A DNA stretch of 63,926 bases, counting the filler, from Octopus bimaculoides (Eukaryota): NCBI RefSeq assembly GCF_001194135.2. It is 6 parts of 6 records of this genome, joined end to end, with 100 filler letters (N's around TTAATTAATTAA, not from the genome) between each part and the next. Parts side by side here need not be neighbours in the genome. Positions count along the whole stretch, not along the records: positions 51,544 to 57,326 come from NC_069002.1; positions 57,427 to 62,284 come from NC_068986.1; positions 62,385 to 63,926 come from NW_026377471.1; 3 more parts are not named here. One strand, written 5' to 3'. Under the pieces are notes generated by a model. That model ran no database searches and was not told the DNA's origin. It worked only from the letters and a program-made list of their open reading frames with translations. Positions 55,008 to 63,926 of the stretch are shown piece after piece. Both the position numbers and the translations under genes were made by a program. How positions within the stretch are numbered: position 1 is the first letter of the stretch; each line of letters begins with the position of its first letter.

Positions 55008-55398
55008 TTTTGTTGTTGTTGGCACTCCGTCGCTTACTACGTCGAGGGTTCCAGTTGATCCGATCAACGGAACAGCCTGCTCTCGAAATTAACGTGCAAG
55101 TGGCTGAGCACTCCACAGACACGTGTACCCTTAATGTAGTTCTCGGGGATATTCAGTGTGACACAGTGTGACAAGGCTGACCCTTTGAATTACAGGCACA
55201 ATAGAAACAGGAAGTAAGAGTGAGAGAAAGTTGTGGTGAAAGAGTACAGCAGGGTTCGCCACCATCCCCTGCTGGAGCATCGTGGAGCTTTAGGTGTTTT
55301 CGCTCAATAAACACTCACAACGCCCGGTCTTGGAATCGAAACCGCGATCCTATGACCGCGAGTCCGCTGCTCTAACCACTGAGCCATTGCGCCTCCAC
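55008..55398 (-). mobile_element. Full-length tRNA-derived SINE with 12-bp target site duplication
   Basis: A-box tggctcagtgg, B-box ggtttcgattcc, (CAA)n tail; TSD gcctggtagaat (54996) / gcctgatagaat (55399). Confidence 0.9.
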
Positions 55399-55878
55399 GC
55401 CTGATAGAATATAAAAGTATATAAGAACACATGGTGGGATATGTCAGCGAATGGGTAAAACGCAATCCCTTTTGACTGTATAGAACGGTTAGTTATCGTT
55501 AATGAGACCCAGTTCAGTTCCGACCGAGCATGCTTATGATCAGAGCATTGCAGACTGCGGTTATCTCGTCTTGTTAGCTGATATACAGGACTACATTATC
55601 TTATGTGTCATCTCGTATCTCGTTTGCAATATCAGTGTAATCTGAGGTAGATTTAGTCGTTATTTCTAGCGGGTTGAGTGATCATAGAAAGGGTTTCTTT
55701 GTATAATGGTAGATCGTGATATATGGTAGGAAATGGTGTGGGTATATAACTATGGTTAGAGTTCAAGGCGGCCCACGGTGGTATCTAATTATGCACCTAA
55801 ATGTTTAGTGTGTGAATATATATATGTGCATATATATATATATTTATACACACACATATGTATAAATATATATATACG

Positions 55879-55922
<44 letters not shown>

Positions 55923-55933
55923 NNNNNNNNNNT

Positions 55934-55973
<40 letters not shown>

Positions 55974-55991
55974 TAGATATATATGCATATG

Positions 55992-56022
<31 letters not shown>

Positions 56023-57120
56023 ATATGTATGTTTATGTATGTATATATACATACACATACGCACATATATCGGAAGAGAAAACAAAGAAAGAATAAAGAA
56101 AAAGAAAAAAGAATACGAAGAAGGAAAAAATCGAAGAAAAAAAGAAAAAGTTGAAAAATAAATGTTAAAACAATAAAAAAGTAAAAAAGAACAAGACGAA
56201 AAAAATGAAAAAGAAGGATGAAAAGCTATGAGAAGAAATAAAGAAAGAGGTGCTAAAGAAGGCCCACCACCATCACCACCACCACCACCACCACCNNNNN
56301 NNNNNNNNNNNNNNNNNNNNNNNNNNNNNNNNNNNNNNNNNNNNNNNNNNNNNNNNNNNNNNNNNNNNNNNNNNNNNNNNNNNNNNNNNNNNNNNNNNNN
56401 NNNNNNNNNNNNNNNNNNNNNNNNNNNNNNNNNNNNNNNNNNNNNNNNNNNNNNNNNNNNNNNNNNNNNNNNNNNNNNNNNNNNNNNNNNNNNNNNNNNN
56501 NNNNNNNNNNNNNNNNNNNNNNNNNNNNNNNNNNNNNNNNNNNNNNNNNNNNNNNNNNNNNNNNNNNNNNNNNNNNNNNNNNNNNNNNNNNNNNNNNNNN
56601 NNNNNNNNNNNNNNNNNNNNNNNNNNNNNNNNNNNNNNNNNNNNNNNNNNNNNCACCACCACCACCACCACCACCACCACCACCATGTTACCAAAATCTA
56701 CCAAAACTGGTTCCGCTAAAAAGTAGGAACAAGATGTAACGAGATCTGAAGAATGCAAGAGAAGCAAGTTAAGAATTGTTTCGCAGAAAATGTCCTGAAA
56801 TAATATGGAAAAAGGGTAAGAATAAGGAATTGGTGCGTTTTTTTTTGGGGGAAGAATTTGGTCGCTGTGCAGAGAAAATGTTAGAGAGAAAGAAAAAAAG
56901 AAAACATGGCGAATAGAATAAGCTGGAAGTAGATAAAGCTTCACACACCGTTGCCTCGATATGGGAATGTGTATGCATAAATACATACATGCATGTGTGT
57001 AGGTATATATATATGTGTATATATATGCATATGCTTAATAAGTATATATACACATATATATATATATACTTATACATATACTTACGTGCATACATACATA
57101 TATGTACATTTATATATATA

Positions 57121-57160
<40 letters not shown>

Positions 57161-57282
57161 TGTACATATGCATATACATATATATATAGACGTATGTATG
57201 CATACAGTATGGATTAAAGTTAATTATATACATATATATGCACACATATACGCATATGTGTATATGTGCTTATATATATATA

Positions 57283-57318
<36 letters not shown>

Positions 57319-57786
57319 TATATATANNNNNNNNNNNNNNNNNNNNNNNNNNNNNNNNNNNNNNNNNNNNTTAATTAATTAANNNNNNNNNNNNNNNNNN
57401 NNNNNNNNNNNNNNNNNNNNNNNNNNAGTGTAAGACTACCCTTTCAGATATACTTACATTGTGATTTCTGCAATGTGGTGCATAAATTGTCAAGTAAATG
57501 AGACGCATCTTTGCCTCCACTGATTCACTTGCAAAGTGTTGAGTAAAACTATTTCGTTGCAGACCTCCTTTGAGTCTTTTTATTATCACTGTGACACACA
57601 TAGTCCCCAGTTGGTAACATTGATTTCAAGGCCCTCCTAGATGAGAGACTGGCATTCCACTTAATGTCTATGTTCCATGCTGGCATAGATTGGAGAGTTA
57701 TTAATGTAGAATTATGGTATCGTAGCTACTAACAGTTGAGGGTTGCGTAGTCTAGACGGCGTTTTTAGATTTCATTATCCTCTTTA

Positions 57787-57815
57787 ACCCGGGCAAAGCC
57801 GGGTATTTCTGCTAG
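57787..57815 (+). mobile_element. Helitron 3' terminus
   Basis: Hairpin acccgg-gcaaag-ccgggt, 7 nt, then CTAG followed by T. Confidence 0.7.
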
Positions 57816-57964
57816 TTGACCTATAAATGAAAGAATAGTATATTGAGAATTTCATGTCTTACTAATTACGTACAAAACTATTCATGCTCGTGTTGCATCC
57901 GTAAATTCGTTCCAAGGATAGTCGTGGTGAATGCTAAAAAATATAAAGGATGTATTGCAATGTA

Positions 57965-58850
57965 TTGGGTCATCCCATAAATAACGCGTTTTTTTCAATT
58001 GCATGAAGCAAAAGTCGGAGGGGGACGAGATAAACTACCTGCATCAATTGCTATAAAAGCAGGTAGTAATTTTACCTTCTATTTATCTTAGTGCAAGTTT
58101 TGAAGAGTGCAGTTCGATTTTAACAGTTATTTTTTCAAAGCTATAATAGAAGTGACAAAGGAGCATGTTCGGTATATTCTTTCCTGTCACGTCTCATGAT
58201 TGAACCTTTTTGAACTGAGTAGTGACTGGTGATGAGAAATGGGTTTTCTATAAAAATGTCAAGCGCCGAAAACAGTGGGTAGGGAAAATAGAAACACCCA
58301 CGCAAGGTATTGTTATCTGTTTGGTGGGATATGAAAGGTTTAGTCCACCTTGAACTTTTAAATCCAACCCAAACGATAACAAAGGAGATCTACTGCGAGC
58401 AGCTTGAACAGCTTAAGTCAGCTCTGGAAGAAAAACGACCATCTTTGGTTTAAAGCCGGAAGGTGTTCTTCCATCAGTTAATGCTCGGCCACGTACAGCG
58501 AGGATGACATTTCAAAGGCTGGAGCAGTTTGAGTGGGAAAAGATGCTCCACCCACCATATTCACCGAACATTGCCTCATCTGATTATCATTTATTCCGCA
58601 GTCTTTAAAATTATTTGGACGAAATACATATGAATTCTGTAGACAAGGTCAGAAAAGTACAGGAGGAGTATTTTTCGCCACGGACGAGTGTATTTTGGAA
58701 GAGGGGCCTTGCAAGTCTATCAAATAGGTAGGAGAGTATTGTAGAAAATGAAGGAGAGTATATTTTAGATTAAAAAAGAACTTTGTTTATCTTGATATTG
58801 AAAAATAAAAGAAGTATAACAAAAAAAGGAATATTTATGGTATGGCCCAA
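57965..58850 (+). mobile_element. Internally deleted mariner with both TIRs and TA TSD
   Basis: TA|ttgggtcatcccataaata ... tatttatggtatggcccaa|TA; VTGDEKWVFY, NARP, HPPYSPNIASSDYHLFRSL; stops and deletions. Confidence 0.93.
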
Positions 58851-58874
58851 TAGCTTTAAATAACGACTGAAATT

Positions 58875-59454
58875 GGATCTTTTTTAAAACGGGGGCCACA
58901 TTTTTCATTAACGAAACACTTTGAAACTTGGAACACTGGTAGAATGTGTCATATAAAACACCTTTTACTCTTAGTCTTCTTAACAAAAAAAACGTACATC
59001 GCAAGTTATTCCATGTTAAAGTTGTCGTATTTCTGTAATTTCAACCAATCACTGACGTCCATTCAGCCGATATACATTAAGTGCCGACTACATAAACAAA
59101 CGATTCTGAAACAATTCTATCGGTGATAGGGTTAGGGTTAGGCTAAAACAGCAAATTTAAAAAGAAAAAAGCAAATAAAACGAAGAAAAAAAAAAGAAAA
59201 TGAAAAAAGCAAATAAAACGAAGCTATGGCTTAATCAACCAAAGGAGTAAATGTAAACAACTGAATACTTGTCAGTGATTGGTTGAAATTATCGAAATAA
59301 GACAATTTTTTACATGAAATAAATTCGAATACAAAAATATTTTTCTGTTCTATAACACAAAATAGATAAGTATACGAAGTTTGAAAGTCTTTCGGTACCA
59401 AAAACACTACGTAAAACATTAATGAAAAATGTGGCCCCGTTTTAAAAAAGATCC
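58875..59454 (+). mobile_element. 580-bp MITE with ~36-bp TIRs and 8-bp TSD (Merlin-like by end structure)
   Basis: TIR ggatcttttttaaaacgggggccacatttttcattaa / ttaatgaaaaatgtggccccgttttaaaaaagatcc; TSD ctgaaatt at 58867-58874 and 59455-59462; internal agggttagggttagg. Confidence 0.9.
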
Positions 59455-59496
59455 CTGAAATTAATTCATAGCACTAACATAACTAATGTCTTAGAT

Positions 59497-59632
59497 CAGG
59501 CATGGACAACCTTTTTCGAGAAGCGGGCCGCATGAAACATGACTCATCGTCAAGCTGGCTGCACTACTAAAAAGATTATTTTCGTTAGAAGTGCCATTCA
59601 GAAAGTCCCGCGAGCCGCAGTTAGCTCATGAC
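59497..59632. mobile_element. Short hAT/Charlie-like MITE remnant
   Basis: Begins cagggcatggacaaccttttt and ends ...cccgcgagccgcagttagctcatg, resembling CAGGG..GG.CAAC / GCGGGCCGCAGTT ends. Confidence 0.45.
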
Positions 59633-59827
59633 AACAGCATTAACATAATGTTCTCATCTCCTTTATTAAAATTCAGCGTTTGTAATATCTAACGAGTTTT
59701 GTTGGCAGTCCATTATCCACTCTGAATTTTCATTTGAAGCCAATTGTTGTGACGTAGGCTTCTAATTCTTTTCAAGAAGGCATGACCGTTATGCAATCTT
59801 ATCTTTCTTTCCTACATGCCTAAAGAT

Positions 59828-60194
59828 TTATTACCTCCGCCTATTGCTTTCAGTCGTGTTTGTTTGTTTGTTTGTTTGTCCGTGGACAAGATATCTCAAG
59901 AACTGCTGAATGGATGCGGATGAAACTTCCAGGGATGTTTGGTCTCGTGACTGGCACGAACTGATTAGATTTTGTGATTGTTCCGGTACCAGACAAGGAT
60001 TCTGGATTATTTTTTTCTGTTTTTTTTTTTTACTTAACTTTTGAAAGCGGTCGGGTTCATTCTTAGTATTCTCGTTTGTGAGAGCAGTCGAGTTTATTTT
60101 AGATATTCTCATTTTAAAAATCATCTCTGCCTAATCGTTGACAGGAAGTTGGTGTTGCTTTGGCGGAAGTTTGCACTCTCTGAGTCCTCTTGTT
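59828..60194 (+). mobile_element. Helentron/HINE-like non-autonomous element
   Basis: Start ttattacctccgcc, internal (TTTG)n, subterminal inverted ggcggaag, 3' hairpin gcactctctgagt. Confidence 0.6.
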
Positions 60195-61418
60195 ATATTC
60201 ATAATTTATTTTGTTTTATTTTTACTCCTTGCGGTATTTAGTTGCGTCCCTTTACTTTTTTGAGTTCAAACCTTGCCAAGAATTAGCACTTCGGTCTTTC
60301 AGAGTTAATAAAATTAAGTATCTCTCAAAAAGCGGGGATGATACAATCGATTATCTTTTTCCCTCTGTCTTTTGTATAATGTTAGAAATTATTATGTTAA
60401 CAGTTAGAGTAGATTCCAGACGGTTGGGTTAGGCTCTCAGTAAATATATTTTAATTGTAGCTTTTTTTGTTATGGAATCTCTGTACAAGATACTGTATTC
60501 TATGTACGCTGTACTATTAACTATTAGACATACAGGTCACTATTGATGGTGAAATTAAAGCGGGGTGCTGGCAGAATCATTAGCACGCCGGGCAAAATGA
60601 TCTGCGTGATTTCGTCCGTCTTTATGTTCTAAGTTCAATTTCCACAGAGGTCGACTTTGCCTTCATCCTTTCGGGATCGATATAATAAGTACCAGTTGAT
60701 AACTGGGGTCGATGTAATCGACTTACCTCCTGCTCCGAAGTTGCTGGCCTTGTGCCAAAGTTTGAAACCAATATTATTATTACCAAGTAAGTCGGTGAGC
60801 TGACGGGATCGTTAGTAGGCAGGGCAAAATGCTTAGAGCCATTTCGTCTGTCTTCATGTAATGGGGTCGATGTAATCGAGACGCCCACATCACAAATTTT
60901 CGGGCTTTGTGCCTATTGCAAAAAACGAATATTAACACTATGTTATTACCATCAATTGGTGCTTTTGATTTTCAAATGCTATATTCCTAGAAATAAATTC
61001 ATTAAATTTCGTTATGGTAAAATACACAGGGCGTTATGCTATGGGAGTGGTTAGACATGACATTTTCACAGCCAACAGTTATGAGTGAATATTAAACGTA
61101 ATATAAGGGTGTGTTATGTATAAAACGTTTATACTAGACAGGAGTCATGGTGAATTTGTTAAATACTGAAAGAGGCAAAGAGAAATAGGGTGAGGTTACA
61201 AGCAGGTATAAATACAGAAGCAGAAACCGAAAAGAAACAAACAATGAAAAGCGAAGTAGGTATGCATACAAAGAAAGCATACAAAACAAATAAATAAACA
61301 AAAAAAATGACTTGAAACGAGTTACGAGATATCAACCAGATATATCAAAGTAATAATTTTCTTTCTAGAAGTTTTAGAACATATATTATAGCAGTTGAAA
61401 TTTCATGATATATCCACC

Positions 61419-61514
61419 ATGAGTAACATTGATAACTTGAACAGACTCGACAACTTTAAAATTGAAAATATACAAGAAATCATTAAAAATAGATTTGAGG
61501 ATGACTTAATATAC
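61419..61514 (+). CDS. First coding exon of a myosin motor-domain protein (class III-like or myosin-motor chitin synthase type)
   Basis: CCACC-ATG with an upstream in-frame stop (61389-91). MSNIDNLNRLDNFKIENIQEIIKNRFEDDLIY fits the myosin-head D.L..L......I...L..R(Y/F)..D.IY start without gaps; gtaagt donor at 61515, phase 0. Confidence 0.72.
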
Positions 61515-61666
61515 GTAAGTACTTATCTTTCACTATCTCTTTACAAAATTAGAAGGGCAGAAACAAACACCATTTGACTTAACCCAATTACACACACACA
61601 CATGTATACACATATATATGTATATACATATATATATATATATATATACATATATAGATATATAAA

Positions 61667-61742
<76 letters not shown>

Positions 61743-62384
61743 CATACACGCACATGTATGTATGTATGTATGTATGTATGTATGAATAGTTTAGTTTTTT
61801 TCCATATCTCTATATCACGTTAAGGTGGTTATCTGGCAGAACACCTAAGCAACATTTTTTGTCCGTCTTCACGTTCTGAGTTCAAATTCATCCGAGGTTG
61901 ACACCCAACCTTTTATCGTTTCGGGGTGATAAAATAAATAGCACTTGAATACTAGAGTCTGTTTAATCAGCTTAAATCCCTTCCCTGAAACTGCTGGCTT
62001 TGTACCAAAATTTGAAACCAATATATTTTTATCTCATGTTAATTATATTCCATACGCAAAAAAGAACGTATCGGTATATGCTGAATTATTTCAGAACACG
62101 GGAAAAGAATGTTCGAGAAATTAAACTCTTAACGAAACAGTACTTTAAGAATGAAGAATGGTTTTAAATAATCAGCTTGTACTTGAATTATTCATACCTT
62201 TCTGATGTACTTTGTCTTTCGTTGTGCAGTCTTTTGTTTTTGTCACACAAACATTCCTTCTATTTCTCATATATATATATATATNNNNNNNNNNNNNNNN
62301 NNNNNNNNNNNNNNNNNNNNNNNNNNNNTTAATTAATTAANNNNNNNNNNNNNNNNNNNNNNNNNNNNNNNNNNNNNNNNNNNN

Positions 62385-62690
62385 CTTACTTATAGACATT
62401 GGAATTAAGCGTGCTAAGAAATTAGACATTAAAACACTAAGGCAGCAAACCCTAACACCACACCTCATCTCAAAAGACTACTGTATTTACCAACTCACAA
62501 TCCTAGAAACAATGTGACACACAAGACTATTGTACAAAATCTACCTATGCTGACTAGAGATCCAAATTGAACAACATTCGGAAAACGCATAAATTCCCCA
62601 AATGCAAAATGCAACACAAATGACGAAAAATACTTCTAAAAAATGCGAAGCTTTAAAGAACAACCAGGAAAGCAACGGTTAGAATATGTG
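62385..62690 (+). mobile_element. Penelope-like element linker-region fragment
   Basis: LIDIGIKRAKKLDIKTLR... and, after a frameshift, THNPRN; typical of the region between RT and GIY-YIG. Confidence 0.55.
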
Positions 62691-63926
62691 GACGCCCAAG
62701 CAGTGGAAGATGCACCATCGTACTGGAAGGCTCAGAATCCCTATTCAAACAGGGAGATAGGTAATATTACAGCGAGTAAAGTCTGTATGATAGGGCACAG
62801 TGAGTAACTTATGTCCTCAAAGAGAGAGCAGGTTGTCTTTATCTTTATATTTGAATATTTCATATATCTCTATACATCGTAGTCCACACCCATATCGGCT
62901 ATTTTTGTTTGGTCGAGCTCTACGTATTACATCCCACTTTNNNNNNNNNNTTCAATTTAATATTACTATCCTTAGGTACCCAGATCGTCATAGGTAATGA
63001 TGCACTGCTAGCTTTTTGTCTTTGTCTAAAGTATGAAAGGTGGTTATTCAAACTTTTTTTCATATTTGCAGAGCACCTGGTACAAGAAAAATTCTTAGTT
63101 TTTGTCATAACTGTACATGTTATATATGATATTTGCTAAACATCGACCTAAGAGCAGTCAATGTCTTTTTTTTCCTACAGTTGCAATTGCCCTTAGTATT
63201 ATTATTAATTTTTNNNNNNNNNNCTTTTTTTTCCTACAGTTGCAATTGCCCTTAGTATTATTATTAATTTTTCTCATCATATTATTAATAATTATAGAAT
63301 CATCATTCAGAGTACAGTTAACATTCATAGAATTATTATGACGGATTACGTCTCCGCTGCTCTGGGTGTTATAATTAGTATTATTATTTATATTTATATT
63401 TAATCTCATGTCTTGGAATGTATCAGTAGGGGTTATATAATCACCGTGTGAGGGTTGCATATGTGACACAGAGGGTACCTAGGATATAATTATTTATAAT
63501 TTAAAATGTTCTAATCAAGAAAATTTACACTCTATTAATTATTACAATATGCATCTACATATTTGATAAATCAATTCCTTTAATTTTTTTCTTTTCTTAT
63601 TTTTTCAGCTTAGAGCTGCGGCCATGCTGATGCACCGCCGTATGGTGATAATTTTTTTTTATCTTTACTTGTAGTGGTTTCTATATTTCGATCCTCCTCT
63701 AAGTACAAAATATGTCCATTTAAGATCTGTTAATACATTTATATATTTATGTATTGTTATTTTATACCTTACAAACATTTGTAAAACTTTTTTCACATTT
63801 AACTTTATTTATATTAAATTCTGGTATATATATTTTTAATATCAAGTTGCAGATTGACGCACTGAGTATCAATATGAACAACTTAGAGAATATTTATATT
63901 AATTGAATCATTATAAACATCAGAAA

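Noticed and set aside
55330-55398. tRNA gene (also ~51795-51880, 54690-54760, 28150-28200)
   Set aside because: These are tRNA-derived SINE heads attached to SINE bodies; no complete cloverleaf with acceptor stem.
57458-57588. Minus-strand exon ending at a gtaagt donor
   Set aside because: The acceptor lacks a pyrimidine tract and the peptide is unrecognised.
63168-63270. Direct repeat ttttttcctacagttgcaattgcccttagtattattattaattttt
   Set aside because: The two copies flank a 10-N gap; typical unmerged contig overlap.

Overview
Eukaryotic, AT-rich, microsatellite-saturated draft sequence with many N gaps. The SINE families and repeat landscape point to an octopod cephalopod (inference; I did not search any database). 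The window is not one contiguous locus: five identical 100-bp spacers (44 N + TTAATTAATTAA + 44 N) join six source scaffolds. Almost all listed ORFs are microsatellite, gap or decayed-transposon artefacts. The real content is a fossil bed of mobile DNA: R4/Dong-type and other LINEs, Penelope-like elements, mariner and maT elements, a Chapaev3-like fragment, a Helitron helicase, a Helentron-like element, MITEs and tRNA-derived SINEs. Host-gene evidence is limited to a first coding exon of a myosin motor protein (61419-61514) and one unidentified candidate exon (8489-8641). The most interesting signal is non-coding: a ~385-nt self-complementary element (21595-21978) with a hammerhead ribozyme at the tip of a long, G-U-rich RNA-type stem. 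Three further minimal hammerhead-like motifs occur elsewhere. Also notable are a MITE family carrying telomeric TTAGGG repeats and a ~4.8-kb CpG-rich TACG/TTCG satellite.
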